Below are positions 31,547 to 40,023 of a DNA stretch of 64,000 bases, piece after piece. Source of the DNA: an uncultured Saprospirales bacterium (lineage in GTDB: Bacteria; Bacteroidota; Bacteroidia; Chitinophagales; JADIYW01); the NCBI GenBank assembly GCA_938008535.1, contig CALLKF010000164.1:10202-74201 (forward strand), read 5' to 3'. Made by a program: the position numbers and the translations under genes. The first letter of the stretch is position 1, and each line of letters starts with the position of its first letter. Below the pieces are notes generated by a model. It was given only the letters and a program-made list of their open reading frames with translations, had not been told where the DNA came from and searched no databases.

Positions 31547-32200
31547 ATGAAACTGATTAAAAATAAATTAAATGTGTACTTAAAGCTGTTGATACTATTT
31601 TTTGTGTTCATAAGTATCACATCTTGTAATAATAAAAAGAAAGTAGAAGTAAAAAATAAAGAAGGAATTGTGGTGGAAAGTTATTTTGTTGACAAAAAAA
31701 ATCCGTCTGAAAAAATAGGTGTTTATAATAGATATTATGATGATGGAAAAATTGTAGAAGTAGCCAATTATAAAAATGGAAAATTAAATGGTGTACGAAC
31801 GCTTTATCATCCAAATGGAAATAAAATGCAAGAAGAAAATTATATAGATGATAAATTAGAAGGAAAAGTGACTTCTTATTTTGAAGATGGATCGCTGCAA
31901 CAGGAAGCTGTTTATAAAGATAATTCAGGAAATGGTGTTTGGAAAAATTACTTTAAAGATCAAAAAAATGTAGTGAAAGAAGAGGTTACAATTGTGGAAA
32001 ATAAAATAAACGGTGCTTTTAAAGAATTTTATCCAAATGGAAAATTACATGCGACAGGCAAAAAAATAGAAGTAAATGAAGGACCAGACGCATTTGATAC
32101 ATATGATGGAAAAGTAGAAGTGTATGATTCTACTGGAACGCTGGAAAAAATACTTACCTTTGAAAACGGCAAACAAATTGCAAAAGAGGAAAAAAAATAA
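31547..32200 (+). CDS. Lipoprotein with MORN-variant (YwqK-like) repeats
   Basis: 217-aa ORF with the lipobox ISITSC. It carries repeated YxxGKL.G....Y..NG units. Confidence 0.6.
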   Translation: MKLIKNKLNVYLKLLILFFVFISITSCNNKKKVEVKNKEGIVVESYFVDKKNPSEKIGVYNRYYDDGKIVEVANYKNGKLNGVRTLYHPNGNKMQEENYIDDKLEGKVTSYFEDGSLQQEAVYKDNSGNGVWKNYFKDQKNVVKEEVTIVENKINGAFKEFYPNGKLHATGKKIEVNEGPDAFDTYDGKVEVYDSTGTLEKILTFENGKQIAKEEKK

Positions 32201-32201
32201 A

Positions 32202-32582
32202 ATGCGAAAATCAATCAAACTTATACTTGCAACACTTTTGTTTGTTGCATGTAATTCTACAACTAAAAATTTAGGTAATAGTTTTGTACCAAAAAATCCA
32301 GTTTCAGTGCATACTGTAATTGAAAGATTAAAAACAGAAACTGCTTTTTCAGATGTGCAAATTGAAGGAAAAATTGTAAAAAGCTGCACCAGTGAAGGTT
32401 GTTGGTTTACCATAAAAGACGATTCTACAGGAAATGAAGTGCTATTTGATGTAAAAGATAAAAAATTTAGAGTACCTACAAATAGTCCTGAGAAACAAGT
32501 AGTTGTTTTGGCAGATGCACAAAATGACAGTACTTCTGAACAAAAATTTATATTATCTGTTAAAGGTCTGATGTTTAAATAA
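32202..32582 (+). CDS. Small lipoprotein (DUF4920-like)
   Basis: The track ORF begins at 32124, inside the upstream gene. The ATG at 32202 gives MRKSIKLILATLLFVACN (lipobox). It also contains a CTSEGCWF motif. Confidence 0.55.
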   Translation: MRKSIKLILATLLFVACNSTTKNLGNSFVPKNPVSVHTVIERLKTETAFSDVQIEGKIVKSCTSEGCWFTIKDDSTGNEVLFDVKDKKFRVPTNSPEKQVVVLADAQNDSTSEQKFILSVKGLMFK

Positions 32583-32613
32583 GCGTTAATAGAGCAAAAA
32601 ATAAAATAAATTC

Positions 32614-32643
32614 TTGTCTATTCACTAAAATAAATTATCTTTG
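32614..32643 (+). promoter_or_regulatory. Bacteroidota-type promoter for tRNA-Lys
   Basis: TTG (32614-32616), a 19-nt spacer, then TATCTTTG (32636-32643). This matches the TTG/TAnnTTTG consensus and lies ~25 nt upstream of the tRNA. Confidence 0.6.
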
Positions 32644-32667
32644 CACTCGCTTTTGTAAAAAAGCAAT

Positions 32668-32740
32668 GATTCCGTAGCTCAGCTGGTAGAGCAATACACT
32701 TTTAATGTATGGGTCCTGGGTTCGAATCCCAGCGGGATCA
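32668..32740 (+). tRNA. tRNA-Lys (anticodon UUU)
   Basis: Sequence is GATTCCGTAGCTCAGCTGGTAGAGCAATACACTTTTAATGTATGGGTCCTGGGTTCGAATCCCAGCGGGATCA. It forms a cloverleaf with a 7-bp acceptor, anticodon loop CTTTTAA and T loop GGTTCGAATCC. No CCA is encoded. Confidence 0.95.
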
Positions 32741-32756
32741 CAGGTGCCAAACCCAA

Positions 32757-32790
32757 ACGCTTGCATATCAGAGGATTGCAGGCGTTTTTT
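32757..32790 (+). terminator. Rho-independent terminator after tRNA-Lys
   Basis: ACGCTTGCA (32757-32765) pairs with TGCAGGCGT (32777-32785, one G-U pair). A T6 run follows. Confidence 0.7.
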
Positions 32791-32810
32791 ATTTTAGTTT
32801 AGTCTAAAAT

Positions 32811-32848
32811 AAAAAAAACTGTTTAGGATTCTCTAAACAGTTTTTTAT
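32811..32848. terminator. Bidirectional hairpin terminator (A-run / stem / T-run)
   Basis: AAAACTGTTTAG pairs with CTAAACAGTTTT around a 6-nt loop. It is flanked by A8 and T6 and lies ~55 nt past the stop of the minus-strand gene at 32902. Confidence 0.6.
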
Positions 32849-32901
32849 TTAATTATGTACCTCTATTTTAAGACAACATAATCTAAATTACAATTTCATT
32901 T

Positions 32902-33285
32902 TTAAAATGGTAAATCATCATCAATTTGCGTCGCTGGTACATCTTCTACTTTTGGTGCAGGTGCTGATTGTTGGTAGCTATTAGCAGATGAATCGTTGTT
33001 ATTGCTTGGAGTTGAATTATTGACATTGTTAATTCTCCATGCTTTTACATCAGTATACCATCTTTCGTTGTATTCTCTGCTTTCAATATCAAATTCAACA
33101 GAAATATCATTTCCAACTATAAAATTATTATTAGTTACAAGGTCGCCCCACATGCTCACGCATACTTTTTTGGGATATTTACCACTATTAATTTCAATCA
33201 CCACTTCTTGCTTCTTCCATGGTCCATTTTTACCTTCACCAGTTTGCAAAGGATTTACTTTAAAAATTTTTCCGCTTAATTCCAT
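32902..33285 (-). CDS. DUF3127-like OB-fold protein with SSB-type acidic C-terminal tip
   Basis: Start chosen at MELSGKIFKV (33285). It contains GEGKNGPWKKQEVVIE...YPKKVCVSMWGD. The low-complexity tail ends in IDDDLPF. Confidence 0.6.
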   Translation of the reverse strand: MELSGKIFKVNPLQTGEGKNGPWKKQEVVIEINSGKYPKKVCVSMWGDLVTNNNFIVGNDISVEFDIESREYNERWYTDVKAWRINNVNNSTPSNNNDSSANSYQQSAPAPKVEDVPATQIDDDLPF

Positions 33286-33437
33286 TATAATATTTTTTAC
33301 AAAGATAAACGTTGGTCCACACAAATAAAAATAGCTTTTATAAACTTATTCTAATTTACTTAATCGTATGTTAATATTTCTTTTGAATTTTGGTCTTCAA
33401 ATTGATGTTCTTTTCAAAAAATGAGTAATTTTAAAGA

Positions 33438-34085
33438 ATGGATACTTCAATATTAAAGTTTGTTTCAGCAAATGGATTGCAACTTTTCAGCGATCATAAA
33501 ATAATTTTAAGCTTGGTAATGGGTTTAGGTTTAAGTGCTTGTTGCGGATTTAGGGTTTTTGTGCCATTACTAGCAGCAAGTATTGCCACAAAAATGGGTG
33601 TTTTACATTTAGGTGATGGTTTTCAATGGATGAGTTCAACAACTGCATTAGTTTGCTTTGGCGCTGCCACAATTTTTGAAATTGCTGGTTATTATATTCC
33701 ATTTGTAGATAATATTTTAGATACTGTTACTACACCAGCATCTGTAATTGCTGGCACTTTACTAACTGCATCTGCTATTATTCCAGATTTAGATCCGATG
33801 TTAAAATGGGGTTTGGGTATCATTGTTGGTGGTGGTAGCGCAGGCATTATTCAAGCAGGAACTGCATTAACTCGTGCCACTTCAACTGCTACTACTGCTG
33901 GTGTTGCCAACCCAGTTGTGGCTACTATAGAACATATTTTGGCAATTACTGGTAGTATCTTTAGTATTGTTATTCCATTTATTATCGCTGGAATTGTGTG
34001 TATTCTAATTTTATTAGCATTGTTTTTTGTGATTCGATATTTCAAAAAACATATTCCAACAACTGAAGCATTGACTACATCATAA
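33438..34085 (+). CDS. DUF4126-like integral membrane protein
   Basis: 215-aa ORF that is Gly/Ala-rich with multiple TM segments and contains CCGFRVFVPLLAASIA. Confidence 0.55.
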   Translation: MDTSILKFVSANGLQLFSDHKIILSLVMGLGLSACCGFRVFVPLLAASIATKMGVLHLGDGFQWMSSTTALVCFGAATIFEIAGYYIPFVDNILDTVTTPASVIAGTLLTASAIIPDLDPMLKWGLGIIVGGGSAGIIQAGTALTRATSTATTAGVANPVVATIEHILAITGSIFSIVIPFIIAGIVCILILLALFFVIRYFKKHIPTTEALTTS

Positions 34086-34107
34086 ATAAAAGTATGGTAT
34101 ATAATCC

Positions 34108-34138
34108 AAAAGCGATAGAGTTTTCTATCGCTTTTTTG
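34108..34138 (+). terminator. Rho-independent terminator
   Basis: AGCGATAGA (34111-34119) pairs with TCTATCGCT (34124-34132) around a GTTT loop. A T-run follows. Confidence 0.7.
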
Positions 34139-34175
34139 TTTTCAGAAACTTGTATCTTTGATTTTTATACATTGA

Positions 34176-35207
34176 ATGAACGCATCAACACAAAATACTG
34201 TCAACTTCATTTCTAAACTTACACTAAAAAGAGTTTGGAATATGGGATTGGTTTATCTTTCATTTTATCTTACAAAACTCCTAAAAAAACCGATTCAACT
34301 CGGAATGCCGTTTTCTATTTCGTTCGAGCCAACAACTTCGTGCAATTTGCGGTGTCCGGAATGTCCAAGTGGTTTGCGTTCGTTTACGCGCGAAACAGGT
34401 ATGCTGGAACAAGATTTCTTCCAAAAAACGATAGATGAAATTGCTGATAAATTAATTTACCTAACTTTTTATTTTCAAGGTGAACCCTATTTACATAAGA
34501 ATTTTTTGGATATGGTTTCTTATGCGAGAAAAAAGAAAATCTATACATCTACCTCTACAAACGCTCACTATTTGACAGATGCGATGTCGAAAAAAACAAT
34601 AGAATCTGGTTTAGATAGATTGATTATTTCAATTGACGGCACAACACAAGAAACGTATCAAAGTTATCGTGTTGGTGGACAATTATCAAAAGTAATTGAA
34701 GGTGCAAAAAACATTGTGAAATGGAAAAAAGAACTGAACGCAAAAACTCCATATATCATTTTTCAATTTTTAGTAGTAAAGCCAAATGAACATCAAATTG
34801 ATGACTTAAAATTATTGGCGAAAGAAATTGGCGTTGATGAAGTCATCTTAAAAACTGCTCAAGTGTATGATTATAAATATGGCAACGAATTAATTCCTGA
34901 AAACGAACAATATTCTCGTTATAAAAAAAACAATGATGGTACTTATTCTATTAAAAATAGTTTAGAAAATAATTGCTGGAAATTGTGGCATAGTTGTGTA
35001 ATTACTTGGGATGGCAAGGTGGTTCCGTGTTGTTTTGATAAAGATGCGCAATATCAATTAGGCGATTTGCAAACACATTCGTTTTCTACTATTTGGAACA
35101 ATGATTTGTATAAAGATTTCAGAGTAAAATTAGTAAAAGGTCGAAAAGAAATTGATATCTGCACCAATTGCAGCGAAGGTTGCGAAGTGAACTTAAGCGC
35201 TGATTAA
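34176..35207 (+). CDS. Radical SAM enzyme with C-terminal SPASM-type auxiliary cluster domain
   Basis: 343-aa ORF. CNLRCPEC is the CX3CX2C motif. The C-terminal Cys-rich region reads CWKLWHSCVITWDGKVVPCCFD...CTNCSEGC. The true start may lie downstream. Confidence 0.8.
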   Translation: MNASTQNTVNFISKLTLKRVWNMGLVYLSFYLTKLLKKPIQLGMPFSISFEPTTSCNLRCPECPSGLRSFTRETGMLEQDFFQKTIDEIADKLIYLTFYFQGEPYLHKNFLDMVSYARKKKIYTSTSTNAHYLTDAMSKKTIESGLDRLIISIDGTTQETYQSYRVGGQLSKVIEGAKNIVKWKKELNAKTPYIIFQFLVVKPNEHQIDDLKLLAKEIGVDEVILKTAQVYDYKYGNELIPENEQYSRYKKNNDGTYSIKNSLENNCWKLWHSCVITWDGKVVPCCFDKDAQYQLGDLQTHSFSTIWNNDLYKDFRVKLVKGRKEIDICTNCSEGCEVNLSAD

Positions 35208-35248
35208 TCAAGTTTTTACGCTGAATCAATTTCAGAACTTTTACTCAA

Positions 35249-36463
35249 CTAACTAACAATCATATTCCTTACTTCGCCGAAACCAATTTGTTTGTCGCCA
35301 TTTTTGCAAACTGCACTTAGTATAGCTGTGTCTCCATCTTGTAAAAAGGTTCGTTGTTCATCACCAATATTTATTGGTTCTTTGCCGTTCCAGGTTAATT
35401 CTAACAAACTACCAAAACTTGATTTTTCTTTACCTGAAATGGTGCCTGTTCCTAATAAATCACCTACTCGCAAATTACAGCCATTAACGGTGTGATGCGC
35501 TACTTGTTGTTCCATTGTCCAATATAAATATTTTGAATTGGTAACAGCTACAGTTGCTTTATTTTGTTTAGCAGTTTCAATTTCAAATGAAATTTCTATA
35601 TCAAAATTTAATCTTTTTTCTTCTTGCAAATATGGCAATACTTGTTGTGATTGTGTTGGTGCATCGGTAGTGAATTGTTTTAATGCTTCCATGGTTACAA
35701 TCCAAGGTGAAATAGCCGTGGCAAAGTTTTTACCTAAGAATGGACCTAATGGTTGATATTCCCAACGTTGTATATCACGTGCTGAAAAATCGTTTAATAA
35801 CACACAACCAAATACATGTTCAAGCGCATTTTTGATATCGATTGGTTCGCCTAAATTATTAGATTTTCCAATAATAAAGCCTAATTCTATTTCTATATCC
35901 AACGATTTTGATTCGCTGAAAATAACGTCTTCTCCTTTTAGAATTTGTCCGTTTGGTCTATTAATATTTTGCTTAGTGGTGATAATAGAAGAACTTCTTC
36001 CGTGGTATGCAATTGGCATGTGTTTCCAGTTGGGCAATAATGGATCCATGGTTGGACGAAACATTTTCCCAACATTAGATGCATGTTCTTCTGATGAATA
36101 AAAATCTGTGTAATCGCCAATATTTAAAGGTACATACATAATGGCTTCACTTTGTTGAAATAAGAATTGCGCATGATTTTTTGTAAAAAAATCGGATTCT
36201 TCATTAATCAATTCTTGAATTATTTTTCTAACATACATCCAAACATCTTTCCCAAGTGCAATAAAATCATTTAATGAAGATTGATTGAAAACATTGGAGT
36301 GAATTTTATTTTCAAAGAAACTTAATTCATACAATACTGATAAGTCTATAATTTGATTGCCAATAGCAATGCCTGCGCGTTTATGCTTTGTCGGTGTTGA
36401 AAAAATTCCATACGGTAAATTATGTATTGAAAAATGTGAGTCTGAGTCGATTTGAATATTCAT
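35249..36463 (-). CDS. fahA: Fumarylacetoacetase
   Basis: 404-aa ORF with DFYSSEEHA, GFIIG, NDFSARDIQRWEYQPLGPFLGKNF and GDLLGTGTISG motifs. Confidence 0.9.
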   Translation of the reverse strand: MNIQIDSDSHFSIHNLPYGIFSTPTKHKRAGIAIGNQIIDLSVLYELSFFENKIHSNVFNQSSLNDFIALGKDVWMYVRKIIQELINEESDFFTKNHAQFLFQQSEAIMYVPLNIGDYTDFYSSEEHASNVGKMFRPTMDPLLPNWKHMPIAYHGRSSSIITTKQNINRPNGQILKGEDVIFSESKSLDIEIELGFIIGKSNNLGEPIDIKNALEHVFGCVLLNDFSARDIQRWEYQPLGPFLGKNFATAISPWIVTMEALKQFTTDAPTQSQQVLPYLQEEKRLNFDIEISFEIETAKQNKATVAVTNSKYLYWTMEQQVAHHTVNGCNLRVGDLLGTGTISGKEKSSFGSLLELTWNGKEPINIGDEQRTFLQDGDTAILSAVCKNGDKQIGFGEVRNMIVS

Positions 36464-36504
36464 ATTGTTTATTTTTTTGCAAAAAAGATTAAGTATGCAA
36501 GTTT

Positions 36505-36927
36505 TTACTTGCTTAAGTTTTCTTTAATTTTTTTAGTGATTCGTTCGATGTGGTGAATGTCTTTTTCAGTTAGACTGTTCCATCCTTTTTTCCTGAATTC
36601 GACAACAACTGGTAAAAGTTTCTGAATTAGTAGTTTTCCTTTTTTACTCAATGATATATTGAATTTCCGTCTGTCTTCTTTACATTCTTCACGAGTAATC
36701 AAATCTTTCTTTACTAGTAATTCGATGATGCGTGTTATAGTCGGTGCATCTTTAGCGCAATTTTCACATAAATCGACCTGATTTTGTGTGCTATGTTGAT
36801 GCAACTCCAACAACACAACCCATTGGTCAACAGTGATATCTACATCGTGTTCGTTAAACTTGCGTTGCAAAGCCAGCTTTATTTTTTTGGCTGTTGATTC
36901 TAAGGTAAATCCGTAATTAAAGTCCAT
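36505..36927 (-). CDS. MarR-family transcriptional regulator
   Basis: Winged-HTH region reads VDQWVVLLEL...APTITRIIELLVKKDLITRE. I prefer the ATG at 36927 (MDFNYG) over the track's TTG at 36963, which lies inside a hairpin. Confidence 0.8.
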   Translation of the reverse strand: MDFNYGFTLESTAKKIKLALQRKFNEHDVDITVDQWVVLLELHQHSTQNQVDLCENCAKDAPTITRIIELLVKKDLITREECKEDRRKFNISLSKKGKLLIQKLLPVVVEFRKKGWNSLTEKDIHHIERITKKIKENLSK

Positions 36928-36951
36928 ATTAGTCGTAAGTTGTAAGTCCTG

Positions 36952-36988
36952 AGTTGTGAGCAAATCTTAAGACTTTCTGCTCACAACT
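36952..36988. other. 11-bp perfect hairpin between hppD stop and marR start
   Basis: AGTTGTGAGCA (36952-36962) pairs with TGCTCACAACT (36978-36988) around a 15-nt loop. No T-run follows on the minus strand. It is flanked by inverted copies of the AGTCGTAAGT word. Confidence 0.6.
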
Positions 36989-36993
36989 TACGA

Positions 36994-38154
36994 CTATAAA
37001 GTTCCTCTTTTTTCTTGTTCTCTTTCAATAGATTCAAATAATGCTTTGAAATTTCCTGCTCCAAAACCTTTCGCACCCATTCTTTGTATGATTTCAAAAA
37101 ACAAGGTTGGTCGGTCTTCCACAGGTTTGGTGAAAATCTGCAATAGATAACCATCTTCATCAGCATCTACTAGTATAGCCAGCTTTTCTAACACAGCAAT
37201 ATCTTCTTTCATAATGCTCATATGTTCGCCTAAGCGCGCTGGAATTTCTTCGTAATAGGCATGTGGTGGTGCGCTTAAAAACTCAACACCACGTGCACGC
37301 AATTGTGTTACCGTTGAAATAATATCATCGGTAGCGACTGCAATGTGTTGCACGCCTGAACCTTCATAAAAATCTAGATATTCCTCAATTTGTGATTTCT
37401 TTTTACCTTCTGCTGGCTCATTAATTGGAAATTTAATTCTACCATTTCCATTGCTCATTACTTTACTCATCAGTGCAGAATATTCGGTATGAATTTGTTT
37501 ATCATCAAACGATAAAAAGTTTACAAAACCCATTACATCTTCGTACCATTTTACCCAAATATTCATTTCATTCCAGCCAACATTGCCTACCATGTGGTCA
37601 ATAAATTTTAATCCAACAGACGTTGGATTATAATCAGATTTCCAAGGTTGATAGCCAGGTAAAAATGTACCAGTATAATTTTTGCGTTCTACAAAAATAT
37701 GCACGGTATCGCTATACGTATAAATTCCAGAACGCACTACTTCACCAAACTCATCTTTTTCTAAGGTTGGCTGCATGAACGGTTTAGCACCACGCTTGGT
37801 GGTTTCTTCAAATGATTTGGCAGCATCATCTACCCAAAGTGCTATGACTTTTACACCATCACCGTGTTTGGCTAAATGTGTATTTAATGGTGAATCTGAA
37901 GTTAATGGTGTGGTAAGTACTAGTCTAATTTTATCTTGTTTCAGCACATAAGATGCTTTGTCGCGAACACCAGTTTCCAAACCTGCGTATGCTAAGGATT
38001 GAAAGCCGAATGCTGTTTTATAAAAATGTGCAGCTTGCTTTGCATTTCCTACATAAAACTCGACATAATCGGTTCCTAATAACGGTAAAAAATCTTGTGC
38101 ACCATCGAAGATTTTTTCGAGTCCGTATTCTACATTTTTAATTTCTGTTGACAT
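36994..38154 (-). CDS. hppD: 4-hydroxyphenylpyruvate dioxygenase
   Basis: 386-aa ORF with two VOC/glyoxalase-fold halves. It contains GVQHIA and the C-terminal FFEIIQR...GFGAGNFKALFESIE. Confidence 0.9.
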   Translation of the reverse strand: MSTEIKNVEYGLEKIFDGAQDFLPLLGTDYVEFYVGNAKQAAHFYKTAFGFQSLAYAGLETGVRDKASYVLKQDKIRLVLTTPLTSDSPLNTHLAKHGDGVKVIALWVDDAAKSFEETTKRGAKPFMQPTLEKDEFGEVVRSGIYTYSDTVHIFVERKNYTGTFLPGYQPWKSDYNPTSVGLKFIDHMVGNVGWNEMNIWVKWYEDVMGFVNFLSFDDKQIHTEYSALMSKVMSNGNGRIKFPINEPAEGKKKSQIEEYLDFYEGSGVQHIAVATDDIISTVTQLRARGVEFLSAPPHAYYEEIPARLGEHMSIMKEDIAVLEKLAILVDADEDGYLLQIFTKPVEDRPTLFFEIIQRMGAKGFGAGNFKALFESIEREQEKRGTL

Positions 38155-38191
38155 ATATTTTAATTTGATAATTAGCTAATTTTGAAATGAT

Positions 38192-38737
38192 TTAAACATT
38201 TCCATAAATATTTTTTATTTTATCATTTTCTACTTCAATAATAAATTCATGTTCAACATCTGATTCAAATTGGTATGATACCTTATATGAATTGCTATCA
38301 ATTTCAATCTCTTGTGGAATATAAATACATGCAAGATTATACTTGTTTAATATCTTTTTAATTTTTAAAGGATTTGGAAATAATTCTTCAAAATCATTCT
38401 TAGATAATTTATTGCTATTATAATTAGCTCCTTCTATATAATAAGGGTATGCTTTTTTGTAGTCATTATACAAAGCAATCTTAATAGTATCATTTAATTT
38501 TGAAACTATATATAGTGTATTTTTCAGTTTTTCTTTTTGCTTTTCTGTTGGTTTTATTTGAATAGAATCTAAGTCATAAAAAACAGAAATTGAATCATTT
38601 TTGAAATAGATTTGTTCAACAAAAAAATTTCTTTTTTTAATATTTTTATTATTGCTATTTGAAGTAAATGAACAAGCAACTATTGATATAAGTATCAAAA
38701 CTAAGAAAGAATATTTTATTTTAATTTTCATTATCAA
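38192..38737 (-). CDS. Hypothetical lipoprotein inserted between hppD and hmgA
   Basis: 181-aa ORF with the lipobox-like segment LILISIVACSF. It is very Lys/Asn/Ile-rich and I recognise no domain. Confidence 0.45.
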   Translation of the reverse strand: MIMKIKIKYSFLVLILISIVACSFTSNSNNKNIKKRNFFVEQIYFKNDSISVFYDLDSIQIKPTEKQKEKLKNTLYIVSKLNDTIKIALYNDYKKAYPYYIEGANYNSNKLSKNDFEELFPNPLKIKKILNKYNLACIYIPQEIEIDSNSYKVSYQFESDVEHEFIIEVENDKIKNIYGNV

Positions 38738-38762
38738 ATTCGCTAATTACCAAATTATCTCA

Positions 38763-39920
38763 TTACTCAACCCAGCTTTTATAATATTTTCCATCGTCAA
38801 TTTTCATCGCTTCTTCTGTTACCATTAATGGTCTAAAAGTATCTATCATTACGGCTAATTCCTGTGTTTCTTTTTGTCCGATGCTGCGTTCCATAGCACC
38901 AGGTGCCGGTCCGTGCGGAATACCTTTTGGATGCAGTGTTATATGGCCTTGTTCGATATTGTTTCTGCTCATAAAATCACCATCCACATAATACAATAAT
39001 TCATCACTATCTATATTACTATGGTTATAAGGCGCTGGTATTGCCTGCGGATGATAATCATACAACCTTGGTACAAATGAGCAAACCACTAATGCGTTGG
39101 TTTCAAATGTTTGATGTACTGGTGGTGGTTGATGCACACGACCTGTTATTGGCTCAAAATTATGAATGCTAAATCCAAACGGAAAATTATAGCCATCCCA
39201 ACCAACTACATCAAACGGATGCGTTGCATACACGAACTCGTGCAGCACGTTTTGTTTTTTTATTTTGATAATAAAATCGCCTTTCTCATCGTGTGTTTCT
39301 AATTGAGTTGGCAACTTTAAATCGCGTTCGCAAAATGGTGCATGTTCTAATAATTGACCAGATGAACTTTTATATCGTTTAGGTGTGTGAATAGGCGCAA
39401 AAGATTCCATAAATAATAATCGGTTATCTTCTGTGTTAAATTCTATTTGATAAATCATACCACGCGGAATGATGAGATAATCGCCGTACTCAAATGGAAT
39501 ATTTCCCATAAATGTGCGCAAAGTTCCAGTGCCTCTGTGAATGAAAATCATTTCATCTGCATCAGCATTTTTATAGAAATAAGTAGTTAAAGATTTGCGT
39601 GGTGCAGCCAACCCTATAGTACAATCGTTGTTTACAAAAAGTGTTTTTCTGCTGTCTAAAAAATCATTTTCTGTCAGAATATTAAATCCTTTTAACAGCA
39701 ATGATTTTATATTTTTCTCAACAGCAATCCTTGGCGTAACATCTTTAGAAGATAAGATTTCTTTTACCTGTGTTGGTCGATGTATATGATACAACAGCGA
39801 CGAATGGCTATGAAAACCTTCGGTGCCGAACAATTGTTCGTAGTGGTGTTTGCCATTTTCTGACTGAAAAACAACATGTCGTTTTTGAGGGAATTTTCCG
39901 ATTTTGTGATAGATTGGCAT
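38763..39920 (-). CDS. hmgA: Homogentisate 1,2-dioxygenase
   Basis: 385-aa ORF with a cupin core. It contains LYHIHRP, DEMIFIHRGTG and the HSNIDSDELLYY...ITLHPKGIPHGP His/Glu ligand region. Confidence 0.9.
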   Translation of the reverse strand: MPIYHKIGKFPQKRHVVFQSENGKHHYEQLFGTEGFHSHSSLLYHIHRPTQVKEILSSKDVTPRIAVEKNIKSLLLKGFNILTENDFLDSRKTLFVNNDCTIGLAAPRKSLTTYFYKNADADEMIFIHRGTGTLRTFMGNIPFEYGDYLIIPRGMIYQIEFNTEDNRLLFMESFAPIHTPKRYKSSSGQLLEHAPFCERDLKLPTQLETHDEKGDFIIKIKKQNVLHEFVYATHPFDVVGWDGYNFPFGFSIHNFEPITGRVHQPPPVHQTFETNALVVCSFVPRLYDYHPQAIPAPYNHSNIDSDELLYYVDGDFMSRNNIEQGHITLHPKGIPHGPAPGAMERSIGQKETQELAVMIDTFRPLMVTEEAMKIDDGKYYKSWVE

Positions 39921-40023
39921 ATTTTTAATTTAATAATTGAAATAATATAGCAATGTAACAATGCTTAAAGGTTATAATATTTCTGCATCTCATTATTACA
40001 TTTTAAATTACTTCATTGTTACG

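Noticed and set aside
32045-32413. 122-aa minus-strand ORF and the 5' extension (32124-32201) of the DUF4920-like gene
   Set aside because: The minus ORF is antisense to two plus-strand lipoprotein genes. The extension overlaps the upstream gene, and the ATG at 32202 yields a proper lipoprotein signal.
36981-37166. 61-aa ORF overlapping the 3' end of hppD in another frame
   Set aside because: It is embedded in hppD coding sequence on the same strand in another frame. It is not credible as a separate gene.
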